A stretch of 64,000 nucleotides of DNA, taken from an uncultured Thermodesulfobacteriota bacterium. GTDB lineage: Bacteria; Desulfobacterota; B13-G15. Location: the NCBI GenBank assembly GCA_964611295.1, contig CAZSWV010000002.1, positions 8,303 through 72,302 on the forward strand, read 5' to 3'. Shown here piece after piece: positions 9,831-18,525 of this stretch. Within the stretch, counting starts at the first letter, position 1; every line of letters begins with the position of its first letter. Made by a program: the position numbers and the translations under genes. Below the pieces are notes generated by a model. That model saw only the letters and a list, made by a program, of their open reading frames with translations, made no database searches and had not been told where the DNA came from.

Positions 9831-11334
9831 GAGACGCCCTGAGTTTTACGTAATCCGAGATTACAAAAGGTGTAACGAATGTAGGGCATGTGAGAGACTG
9901 TGTGCGTATGCTGTACATGTCTACGACAAAAAGACCCGTAGGTTGGAGGCCGAAGAACTCAAATGTGTGGGATGTCATTTCTGTGAGGAACATTGCCCCC
10001 AAGGGGCTATTCGGATAGAGCGCGCTTTATCCACTTTTAGTGAGGGGCGTTGGTCCACATATGACCTTTTCAATATATACAAGCAGGCGGAAACTGGAAG
10101 AGTGCTACTTACCAGTACGGGCTCCAATCGTCCCTACAGGGATTATTTTTCGCACATGGTCCTCAACGCAGCACAGGTCACCAATCCTTCCATCGACCCT
10201 TTGAGGGAGCCGGTGGAGATAAAGACCTTCATAGGCAAAAGGCCGACCCGTCTCCTCTATGAACGGGAGGGGCAAACCTTCAGGTTGAGGGTTTCTCTAG
10301 GTCCACTTTTGGAGATCGAGTCACCTATCATGTTTGCGGCCATGAGCTACGGTGCCTTGTCCCTTAATGCATGTAAGGCCTTGGCCATGGCGGCTTGTGA
10401 ATTCGGTACCTGTTGGAATACAGGAGAGGGAGGGCTTCATGAGGAATTGCGCCCATATGCCCATAGGGCGATAGTTCAAGTGGCTTCGGGACGATTCGGC
10501 GTAAACAGAGAGTATCTGGAGGCAGGTTGCGCCATAGAGATCAAGATAGGCCAAGGGGCAAAACCCGGCATAGGAGGACACCTACCTGGGGAAAAGGTCA
10601 CAGAAGAAATAGCGGCCACACGTATGATACCGCCAAGTACAGATGCGCTCAGTCCAGCCCCTCACCATGATATCTACTCCATAGAGGACCTGAAGCAACT
10701 TATCTACGCCCTTAAAGAAGCTACCGATTACAGTAAACCAGTAGGGGTCAAAATCGCTGCGGTTCACAACGTTGCGGCCATAGCCTCGGGTATAGTGAGG
10801 GCAGGCGCTGATTTTTTGGTCATCGACGGCCTCCATGGCGGGACCGGGGCGGCCCCTACCATGATAAGGGACAATATGGGTATCCCCGTGGAAATCGCGA
10901 TAGCCGTTGTAGACCAAAGGTTGAGGGATGAAGGGATAAGGGAGGAGGTAAGCCTTATAGCCTCAGGGGGTTTCAGGAACTCAGGGGATGTGGTCAAGGC
11001 CATTGCCCTGGGAGCTGATGCCGTCTACATAGGGACTGCGGCACTTTTGGCTTTGGGATGTCACCTATGTCGAAGTTGTCACCTAGGGAAGTGTAATTGG
11101 GGGATAGCCACCCAAGATCCTCAACTTTCAAAGAGGTTAAACCCCGAAGAGGGGGCCCAAAGGGCATATAACCTCTTACAAGCTTGGTCTCTCGAAATAA
11201 AGGAAATGCTCGGGGCAATGGGGATAAACGCGATAGAGTCCCTCAAGGGCAATAGAGAACAATTGCGCGCAGTCGGTCTCAACGAAAAGGAACTTAAGTT
11301 ATTGGGTATAAAACACGCAGGAGAACCTTGGTGA
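9817..11334 (+). CDS. Glutamate synthase, archaeal-type: FMN subunit with N-terminal 2x[4Fe-4S] domain (GltB2-like)
   Basis: CNECRACERLC and CVGCHFCEEHCP; MSYGALS, NTGEGG, QVASGRFG, GQGAKPGIGGHL, CHLCRSCHLGKC. Confidence 0.92.
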   Translation: MVRRRRRPEFYVIRDYKRCNECRACERLCAYAVHVYDKKTRRLEAEELKCVGCHFCEEHCPQGAIRIERALSTFSEGRWSTYDLFNIYKQAETGRVLLTSTGSNRPYRDYFSHMVLNAAQVTNPSIDPLREPVEIKTFIGKRPTRLLYEREGQTFRLRVSLGPLLEIESPIMFAAMSYGALSLNACKALAMAACEFGTCWNTGEGGLHEELRPYAHRAIVQVASGRFGVNREYLEAGCAIEIKIGQGAKPGIGGHLPGEKVTEEIAATRMIPPSTDALSPAPHHDIYSIEDLKQLIYALKEATDYSKPVGVKIAAVHNVAAIASGIVRAGADFLVIDGLHGGTGAAPTMIRDNMGIPVEIAIAVVDQRLRDEGIREEVSLIASGGFRNSGDVVKAIALGADAVYIGTAALLALGCHLCRSCHLGKCNWGIATQDPQLSKRLNPEEGAQRAYNLLQAWSLEIKEMLGAMGINAIESLKGNREQLRAVGLNEKELKLLGIKHAGEPW

Positions 11335-11340
11335 AGGGAG

Positions 11341-12087
11341 ATGGAGATGCGCGCCTGCACCATAGTTGACGTAACAGGACTTTCATATCGGACCTTGAAC
11401 GCCCTTTTAAGACATTTAGTCCAAAAGGGGGTAAGGGAGGTGATACTTAAAAATGTTTTGGGGCATAGGTTTATCGGAGCTGGCCTAAAGGCAGAAGGGA
11501 TTACGATCCATGTAGAAGGGACCCCGGGCAACGACTTGGGGGCTTTCATGGACGGGCCGACTTTGCTGGTATACGGGAATGCCCAAGACTGTGTCGCCAA
11601 TACCATGGATGCAGGCGAAATAGTTATCTACGGGGATGCGGGGGACCTTTTGGGGTACAGCATGCGTGGAGGAAGGGTTTTCGTAATGGGAGACGTCGGA
11701 TATAGAGTCGGCATCCACATGAAGGCTTGGGGCAGCCAAATGCCCGTAATCGTCATCGGCGGAAAGGCCTATGATTTCTTAGGTGAGTACATGGCCGGAG
11801 GGACAATAATAATACTGGGACTGAAGGGCGAGACCCTAAGGGGTAGCTTCATCGGTACAGGCATGCACGGGGGGACTATTTACATACGGGGAGAAGTTGA
11901 TAAACGCGCCTTGGCAAAAGAAGTCGAGGTGATGCCCTTAAAGGACGAAGACGTTTCCCTTTTGAAGAAACATATATACGACTTCTGTCAGTACTTCTCC
12001 TTCGACTTCCAGAAGATCATGAAAAGCGAATTTACAAAGTTAAAGCCCAAAGATATTCGTCCCTACGCTAGACTGTACTCCTACTGA
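11341..12087 (+). CDS. Glutamate synthase, archaeal-type: GXGXG beta-helix subunit (GltB3-like)
   Basis: Repeated G..M.GG/GXGXG units, GEYMAGG, GTGMHGG. Confidence 0.88.
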   Translation: MEMRACTIVDVTGLSYRTLNALLRHLVQKGVREVILKNVLGHRFIGAGLKAEGITIHVEGTPGNDLGAFMDGPTLLVYGNAQDCVANTMDAGEIVIYGDAGDLLGYSMRGGRVFVMGDVGYRVGIHMKAWGSQMPVIVIGGKAYDFLGEYMAGGTIIILGLKGETLRGSFIGTGMHGGTIYIRGEVDKRALAKEVEVMPLKDEDVSLLKKHIYDFCQYFSFDFQKIMKSEFTKLKPKDIRPYARLYSY

Positions 12088-12096
12088 AGGAAATTG

Positions 12097-12115
12097 TTGT
12101 AACAAAACTGTAACA
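12097..12115 (+). promoter_or_regulatory. Tandem TGTAACA box (11-bp period), candidate GlnR box 1
   Basis: TTGTAACAAAACTGTAACA upstream of amtB; 18/19 identical to the box before glnA; TATCTT -10-like element 11 nt downstream. Confidence 0.72.
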
Positions 12116-12162
12116 TTGCTGGTTTATATCTTAATAAAGCAAAGGCTAATAGGAGGTAAGAT

Positions 12163-13515
12163 ATGAGGAAATGGGTGATCTTATTAACTCTAATGCCCAA
12201 TACTGGCTTAGCTTTAGCCGGTGATCCGAGTGGTATTGAGACGTTACGTCATAATCCTGGTTTGCCTGTAGATTACATCTGGGTGCTTGTGTGCGCTTTT
12301 TTAGTCATGTTTATGCAGGCTGGTTTTGCCATGTTAGAAGCTGGTTTTTGCCGTTCGAAGAATGTGGCGAACTTAATTGCCAAAAATCTTATCGATTATG
12401 TCCTGGCTTCCTTGGTGTTCTTTGTGTTCGGTTACGCCTTGATGGTAGGAAATGACTGGAAAGGGATATTGGGGAGGTCAGGGTGGATGATGTTGGGTGA
12501 TGCATACGACGTCGGTAAGTATTTACAGCTCTTTTGGATGACGGTGTTCTGTGGGACAGCGGCCACTATAGTCTCAGGGGCAGTAGCTGAGCGGCTTAAG
12601 TTCGGGGCTTATCTCCTATACACCCTGATCGTAAGCTCCTTGATTTACCCTATATGTGGCCATTGGATTTGGGGAGGCGGCTGGTTGGCGAAGCTGCCCT
12701 TTGGGGTTGGGGCGGTTGACTTTGCTGGAAGTGGGGTGGTCCATGCCCTTGGAGGGTTAGTGGGGTTGGCGGGTGCTTACGTCCTTGGACCACGGTATGG
12801 TAAATACAGAAATGGGGCCCCTCAGGCCATTCCAGGACATAGCCTAGCCTTAGCAGGTCTTGGGGTATTTATCCTTTGGTTCGGGTGGTTTGGGTTTAAC
12901 GCAGGCAGTACCTATACAGCGCAACACCTCAGGATATCCGTCATAGCGGTCAACACTAACCTGGCAGCGGCAGCGGGAGGCCTTTCGGCCCTGTTAGCGT
13001 GTCTCTTTAAGACAAGGCGATGGGACGTGGGCCTTGGCTTAAACGGGGTGATCTCAGGGCTTGTGGCCATTACAGCTCCATGTGCCTGGGTTGAGGGATG
13101 GGCTTCGGTGTTGATTGGAGCGGTTGCCGGTGTCTTGATGTATCAAAGTGTGAGGTGGCTTGAAGAAAGGGGGATCGATGACCCCGTAGGTGCGGTGAGC
13201 GTGCATGGGATCTGTGGCCTATGGGGGATTTTGAGCGTAGGTATCTTCGCTGATGGTACATACGGGCTATATTCCTGTGACCCACCTTTCGTGAAAGGGT
13301 TGTTATATGGAGGAGGTTTTGGCCAGCTTATAAGCCAATCCGTATACGCAGTGGTGCTCTTTATATGGGCATTGGGCACAGGGCTGTTGATGTTCAAATT
13401 GATGGACAGGGCCTTCGGTATAAGGGTTAACCCCGAGGTCGAGATCAAAGGTCTCGATGTATCCGAGCACCATATATCTGCTTATCCAGAGTTTTCCACA
13501 AAAGGTATCCTTTAA
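12163..13515 (+). CDS. amtB: Ammonium transporter
   Basis: MQAGFAMLEAG, SGAVAER, DFAGSGVVH, WFGWFGFNAGS, DDPVGAVSVHG. Confidence 0.96.
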   Translation: MRKWVILLTLMPNTGLALAGDPSGIETLRHNPGLPVDYIWVLVCAFLVMFMQAGFAMLEAGFCRSKNVANLIAKNLIDYVLASLVFFVFGYALMVGNDWKGILGRSGWMMLGDAYDVGKYLQLFWMTVFCGTAATIVSGAVAERLKFGAYLLYTLIVSSLIYPICGHWIWGGGWLAKLPFGVGAVDFAGSGVVHALGGLVGLAGAYVLGPRYGKYRNGAPQAIPGHSLALAGLGVFILWFGWFGFNAGSTYTAQHLRISVIAVNTNLAAAAGGLSALLACLFKTRRWDVGLGLNGVISGLVAITAPCAWVEGWASVLIGAVAGVLMYQSVRWLEERGIDDPVGAVSVHGICGLWGILSVGIFADGTYGLYSCDPPFVKGLLYGGGFGQLISQSVYAVVLFIWALGTGLLMFKLMDRAFGIRVNPEVEIKGLDVSEHHISAYPEFSTKGIL

Positions 13516-13540
13516 GGTAAAGCCGAAAGGAGGTTTAGGG

Positions 13541-13882
13541 ATGAAAAAGATCGAAGCAATAATTCGACCAGAAAGACTAGAGGCAGTTAAAGAGGCTTTA
13601 AAAGCGACTCCCGGTTACTGCGGGATGAGCGTTACCGCCATACAAGGCCATGGTAGACAAGGTGGAATCGTCGAACAATTCCGGGGTCGTGAATTCAAGG
13701 TGGAAATGTTACCCAAGGTAAAGGTGGAGATAGTATGTTCAGACGAGCACCTAGAGGGATTGGTCAGTACCATCCTTTCAGTGGCAAAGACAGGGGAGAT
13801 CGGTGACGGGAAGATATTCATATACGAAGTCCTTGATGCCCTGAGGATCCGCACTGGTGAAAGGGGAAAAGGAGCCCTTTGA
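13541..13882 (+). CDS. glnK: PII nitrogen regulatory protein
   Basis: MKKIEAIIRP, GHGRQ T-loop, TGEIGDGKIF, IRTGE; RBS AAGGAGG before ATG 13541; directly after amtB. Confidence 0.92.
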   Translation: MKKIEAIIRPERLEAVKEALKATPGYCGMSVTAIQGHGRQGGIVEQFRGREFKVEMLPKVKVEIVCSDEHLEGLVSTILSVAKTGEIGDGKIFIYEVLDALRIRTGERGKGAL

Positions 13883-13902
13883 ACAAAGGTAAGGGGGAGC
13901 GT

Positions 13903-14616
13903 ATGGGAACGGTAGCGATATTCGTCCACGACCCAAAAGAGGGTGGAGGGAATATACGTAGTTTGCTTCTCAAGAAGGGGTTTACGGTGAGGGAGTTTCA
14001 CCTTTACAAAGGGGAAAGACCACAAGAAGCCTATAGATGCGACGCCCTTGTACTTATGGGAGGACCTATGAGCGTAAAGGAGGAAGATAGGTACCCCTTC
14101 TTAAAGACAGAGAAACTGTTCCTCGAGAAGTGGCTTAAATCAGGAAGACCCTTACTCGGAATTTGTCTCGGTGCCCAACTTATAGCCGATGTCCTCGGAG
14201 GAAGAGTCTACAAAGGACCCGTTCCAGAAATAGGTTGGAGCGAGGTGCGTTTGACCCTACAGGGCATGCAAGACCCTGTTTTCTCCAAATTCCCCTCGGC
14301 CATGTTGGTGTTTCAGTGGCATGAGGAAACCTTCGACCTTCCCGCCGGGGCGGTTCTACTTGCCAGTTCGCCGTTGTATCCTAACCAAGCCTATAGAATA
14401 GGCAAAACGGTTTACGGAGTCCAGTTCCACTTGGAAGTTACCTTTGAAATGGTAAAAGATTGGCTTAAAGAAGAGGACTTTCCCACCAATATCAAACAAG
14501 AGATCCTTAAGCAGTCCCTTTCGAACCTTCGAACCTTGAAGTCATATTGTGAGACACTAGTAGATCTCTTTAACGATGGGTTTAAATTGCAGCATACGAA
14601 AAGTCCTTCAAGGTAA
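13903..14616 (+). CDS. Class I glutamine amidotransferase (stand-alone GATase)
   Basis: MGGPMSV, GICLGAQ, QWHEETF, GVQFHLE (C-H-E triad). Confidence 0.88.
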   Translation: MGTVAIFVHDPKEGGGNIRSLLLKKGFTVREFHLYKGERPQEAYRCDALVLMGGPMSVKEEDRYPFLKTEKLFLEKWLKSGRPLLGICLGAQLIADVLGGRVYKGPVPEIGWSEVRLTLQGMQDPVFSKFPSAMLVFQWHEETFDLPAGAVLLASSPLYPNQAYRIGKTVYGVQFHLEVTFEMVKDWLKEEDFPTNIKQEILKQSLSNLRTLKSYCETLVDLFNDGFKLQHTKSPSR

Positions 14617-14622
14617 GGAGAA

Positions 14623-16344
14623 GTGAAAAAGCTTAGAATAGGATTAGCGCAGGCAAATATGGCTGTTGGAGATTTTAATGGGAATTATGAAAAAGTAAAG
14701 GAGTTCATAGATGAAGCAGAAAGGTACTCTGTTGATTTAATTTGCTTTCCAGAACTAACGCTAACAGGATATCCTCCTGAAGACCTCTTGTTAAGACGTG
14801 ATTTTATAGACGACAACCTAGCTGTCCTCAATGAGGTAGTCGCTTTTACTAGAGGAAGAAACATTGTAGTTGCCATAGGCTATGTCGATGTAGGAGATGG
14901 TCTTTATAATGCCTTAGCGGTCATCTATGATGGTGAAATTAAAGGGGTTTATCATAAAGTGTCTCTTCCAAATTATGGGGTATTTGACGAAAAGCGGTAT
15001 TTTTCCCAGGGTAAACGCCTAAACATTTTTGCCATACGGGGAACGAAGGTGGGTTTTAGCATCTGTGAGGATATATGGGATCCCTATGGTCCTGTTCCAA
15101 GGCAGGTGCTTGCGGGCGTAGACCTTTTGGTAAATGTGAGCGCTTCGCCGTATCACATCTCAAAAATACGTTTAAGGGAAGAAATGTTAAGGGTAAGGGC
15201 TCGTGATTTCAGGGTGCCGGTGGTCTATGTGAACTTAATAGGGGGGCAAGATGAGCTTGTTTTCGATGGGTCAAGTGTAGTCTTTGATCCTAAAGGGAGA
15301 ACAGTGGCTAGGGCCAAGAGTTTCGAAGAGGCCCTTCTTGTGGTGGATGTAGAGCCCAATATCATATACAAAGGATCATCACAAATTGGAGCTGCTAAAG
15401 GAAAGGTTCAAGAGGTGTCAATAGAAGGTCTTTCTATAGGTGAGAAACCGCCAATAACGCCTGTGATCTGTGAGCCTTTGCCCTTTCTAGAAGAGGTCTA
15501 TCAGGCCCTTCTATTAGGGACCAAGGATTACGTGCGCAAGAACGGATTTAATAAGGTAGTTATTGGGTTGTCTGGAGGAATCGATTCGAGCCTTGTTGCC
15601 ACAATAGCGGCTGATGCCTTGGGGCCAGAAAAGGTCGTGGGTGTGTTTATGCCCTCGCGTTATACTTCAGAAGAAAGTTCCCAAGCGGTAAAGCAACTTG
15701 CGGGGAACCTAGGTATAGAGCTATACATTATCCCCATAGAACCTGTGTTTAAATCCTACTTAGAATTATTGGGTGTATATCTTTCGAAGGCATCAAGCGG
15801 AGTTGCTGAAGAAAACCTCCAGGCACGCATCCGAGGTAACATCCTGATGGCCCTCTCTAATTCCTTTGGCTGGTTAGTGCTCACCACCGGCAATAAGAGC
15901 GAACTTGCCTGTGGATATGCTACCCTTTATGGGGATATGGCTGGTGGATTTGCGGTGATAAAGGACCTTCCTAAAACCTTGGTATACGAGCTTGCCCGTT
16001 GGAGGAACAAAAAGGCTGGGCGAGACTTGATCCCCCAAATCGTCCTCACCAGACCTCCTTCTGCAGAATTGAGGCCGGGGCAGAAGGACACAGATGATCT
16101 ACCTCCCTATGAGGTATTGGACCCTATAATGGAACTTTATGTGGAAGAAGGCCTTTCAATAGAGGAAATTGTCAAAGAAGGGTTTGATAAAGGGTACGTA
16201 GAGAATGTGGTTCAAAGACTTAAAAACAGCGAATACAAACGCAGGCAAGCCCCTCCAGGTATTAAGGTCACCCCACGTGCTTTTGGCAAGGATTGGCGGA
16301 TGCCTATTACGAACAGGTGGAGGCCTTTTGTAACAAAAATGTAA
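14623..16344 (+). CDS. nadE: Glutamine-dependent NAD+ synthetase
   Basis: Nitrilase-like domain (FPEL, YHK..LPNY.VFDEKRYF, SICED) plus synthetase domain (GLSGGIDS, ENLQARIR, TGNKSE, PSAEL, EYKRRQ). Confidence 0.96.
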   Translation: MKKLRIGLAQANMAVGDFNGNYEKVKEFIDEAERYSVDLICFPELTLTGYPPEDLLLRRDFIDDNLAVLNEVVAFTRGRNIVVAIGYVDVGDGLYNALAVIYDGEIKGVYHKVSLPNYGVFDEKRYFSQGKRLNIFAIRGTKVGFSICEDIWDPYGPVPRQVLAGVDLLVNVSASPYHISKIRLREEMLRVRARDFRVPVVYVNLIGGQDELVFDGSSVVFDPKGRTVARAKSFEEALLVVDVEPNIIYKGSSQIGAAKGKVQEVSIEGLSIGEKPPITPVICEPLPFLEEVYQALLLGTKDYVRKNGFNKVVIGLSGGIDSSLVATIAADALGPEKVVGVFMPSRYTSEESSQAVKQLAGNLGIELYIIPIEPVFKSYLELLGVYLSKASSGVAEENLQARIRGNILMALSNSFGWLVLTTGNKSELACGYATLYGDMAGGFAVIKDLPKTLVYELARWRNKKAGRDLIPQIVLTRPPSAELRPGQKDTDDLPPYEVLDPIMELYVEEGLSIEEIVKEGFDKGYVENVVQRLKNSEYKRRQAPPGIKVTPRAFGKDWRMPITNRWRPFVTKM

Positions 16345-16346
16345 CA
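16328..16346 (+). promoter_or_regulatory. Tandem TGTAACA box (11-bp period), candidate GlnR box 2
   Basis: TTGTAACAAAAATGTAACA overlapping the nadE stop, upstream of glnA; TATCCT -10-like element 9 nt downstream. Confidence 0.72.
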
Positions 16347-16390
16347 AATAGAGGATATCCTTTTGTCAAAACGGGACAGGAGGTGTCAAG

Positions 16391-17725
16391 ATGCAAAATC
16401 TGCCGGATTCCAAGGAATATGTGTTAGAAAAGGTGAGGGAACACCATGTGAAGTTCATCAAGTTGTGGTTCACTGACATACTGGGGTTCTTGAAAAGCTT
16501 CACCATCACCGCTGAAGAACTGCCAGAGGCGCTTGAAGAAGGGGTTGGCTTTGACGGTTCATCAGTAGAAGGGTTTGTAAGGATAGAGGAAAGCGACATG
16601 ATCGCCATGCCAGACCCTTCTACCTTCTGCATCCTCCCTTGGCGTCCAAAGGAGTACGCAGTTGCTAGGATGTTTTGCGATATCTACAGGCCAGACGGCA
16701 CACCTTTTGAAGGAGATCCAAGGTACGTACTCAAACGCAACCTGAAGAAGGCCGCGGATTTAGGGTTTACATATTACGTGGGCCCAGAACTGGAGTATTT
16801 CTATTTCAAATCCAACAACAATACTGAGTTTCTTGATATGGGAGGATATTTTGACGTTACCCCTTTGGATATGGCGGTAGATCTTAGGCGCCAAACTGTA
16901 CTGATGCTGGAAGAAATGGGAATTGCAGTAGAATACAGCCACCATGAAGTTGCTTATAGTCAGCATGAAGTGGACATAAAATACAGTGATGCTTTGACTA
17001 TGGCAGATAACGTTATGACCTATAAAGTAGTTGTTAAACAAGTGGCTTTGATGAACGGCGTATACGCGACATTTATGCCAAAGCCAGTGTTCGGGATAAA
17101 TGGAAGTGGCATGCATACCCATCAATCGCTCTTTAAAGATGGGAAGAATGCCTTCTTCGATCCGCATGATCCTTATAACCTATCGGAGATAGGTAAGCGT
17201 TTTATAGCTGGCCTTCTCAAGCATGCAAGGGAGATAACGGCTATTACATGTCAATGGGTGAACTCGTACAAGAGGTTGGTTCCAGGTTATGAGGCTCCTG
17301 CTTATATCTCCTGGGGACGCAAGAACAGGTCAGCGTTGGTAAGGGTTCCTGAATATAAACCGGGGAAAGAACAAGCTACAAGGGCTGAATATCGTGCCCC
17401 TGATCCTGCCTGTAACCCTTATTTGGCTTTTGCGGTCATGTTGGCTGCAGGGCTCAAAGGGATAGAGGAAGGGTATGAACTCCCTCCTCCCGTTGAGGTA
17501 GACGTCTATAGGTTGACCGAAGAAGAACGGAAGTCCTTGGGCATAGAGACCTTACCAGCGAATCTCGGCGAGGCCCTCTACGAAATGGAAAGGAGCAAGC
17601 TGGTTTTAGAATGCCTTGGGGAACACGTCTTTTGGAGCTTTATCCGGAATAAAAAGGCCGAATGGGACGAATGGAGGGCTCAGGTCACAGAGTACGAAAT
17701 CCGGAAGTATCTGCCCATACTTTAA
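16391..17725 (+). CDS. glnA: Glutamine synthetase type I (alpha-type length, 444 aa)
   Basis: FDGSS, GPELEYF, HHEVA..QHE, TFMPKP..GINGSGMH, SYKRLVPGYEAP, NRSALVRVP, EYRAPDP. Confidence 0.97.
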   Translation: MQNLPDSKEYVLEKVREHHVKFIKLWFTDILGFLKSFTITAEELPEALEEGVGFDGSSVEGFVRIEESDMIAMPDPSTFCILPWRPKEYAVARMFCDIYRPDGTPFEGDPRYVLKRNLKKAADLGFTYYVGPELEYFYFKSNNNTEFLDMGGYFDVTPLDMAVDLRRQTVLMLEEMGIAVEYSHHEVAYSQHEVDIKYSDALTMADNVMTYKVVVKQVALMNGVYATFMPKPVFGINGSGMHTHQSLFKDGKNAFFDPHDPYNLSEIGKRFIAGLLKHAREITAITCQWVNSYKRLVPGYEAPAYISWGRKNRSALVRVPEYKPGKEQATRAEYRAPDPACNPYLAFAVMLAAGLKGIEEGYELPPPVEVDVYRLTEEERKSLGIETLPANLGEALYEMERSKLVLECLGEHVFWSFIRNKKAEWDEWRAQVTEYEIRKYLPIL

Positions 17726-17740
17726 CGGTATAGGGAGGAG

Positions 17741-18391
17741 ATGTTGCAAGGGATCTACATAGGCGATAAGGACAGTGTAAGGCTTCCTTACATACAGGGG
17801 CTCAAATGGGAGACCATAGGTCTCAAGGAGTGGGTTGAAGAAGGGGGATGGCCTATAAGGGGTGATGTGGTCCTTTTTTCGGCTCAAAGTCCTGGTGTCG
17901 CAAGGGAGGTGTTGAAGGGATTGAAGGAGTTCTTGCGTCCTCCTTCAATCCCTTGCCTCGCCTTAGTTTCCTCTTCGCTCTTGTCCCATGAATGGCTTTT
18001 TGAGCAAGTGAAGGATTTCCTCGTCGAGCCCTTTTCCCAGGAGGAACTCTGCTTAAGGCTGAAAAAGGCTATAAGAGAGGTCTACGGTTTGAAGGAAGAA
18101 GGACTCATAAAGAAAGGAGACATATGTGTTGACTTAAGGTCTCACACAGTGACCGTTAAGGGAAGGGTCATAGCGCTTAGTTTGAAAGAATACGAACTGT
18201 TACAGGTTCTCATCACCAATGCGGGTAAAACCTTCACCCGTGAGAACCTCCTTAATCGCATATGGGGATACGATTACTTCGGAGGTGAAAGAACCGTAGA
18301 CGTCCACATCAGACGTCTAAGGGCCAAATTAGGCGAGGCAAGTTCCCATATCGAAACGGTACGCGGCATAGGATATAAGTTCAAAGATTAA
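17741..18391 (+). CDS. OmpR/PhoB-family regulator with atypical receiver domain, resembling actinobacterial GlnR
   Basis: C-terminal WGYDYFGGERTVDVHIRRLRAKLG; receiver has DVVLFSA (phospho-Asp replaced by Ser) and EPF instead of KPF; no kinase nearby; follows glnA. Confidence 0.8.
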   Translation: MLQGIYIGDKDSVRLPYIQGLKWETIGLKEWVEEGGWPIRGDVVLFSAQSPGVAREVLKGLKEFLRPPSIPCLALVSSSLLSHEWLFEQVKDFLVEPFSQEELCLRLKKAIREVYGLKEEGLIKKGDICVDLRSHTVTVKGRVIALSLKEYELLQVLITNAGKTFTRENLLNRIWGYDYFGGERTVDVHIRRLRAKLGEASSHIETVRGIGYKFKD

Positions 18392-18492
18392 GGCCTTTTT
18401 CGCCCTGGCCAACCGAGGATATCTAGAAGCTCTACCCCTCTATTTCCTCTCTTGACAAACTATCCCGTTTTCGTTTACATACCCCGAACAAA

Positions 18493-18513
18493 GGAAAAAG
18501 GTTACCTTTTTCA
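18493..18513. promoter_or_regulatory. Palindromic operator, candidate NrpR site 2 (autoregulation)
   Basis: GAAAAAGGT-T-ACCTTTTTC perfect inverted repeat between TTGACA (18452-18457) and the nrpR start. Confidence 0.72.
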
Positions 18514-18525
18514 ATATGGTGGTCC

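Noticed and set aside
12100-12120. Sigma54 promoter before amtB (TTGCT present)
   Set aside because: No GG at the -24 position
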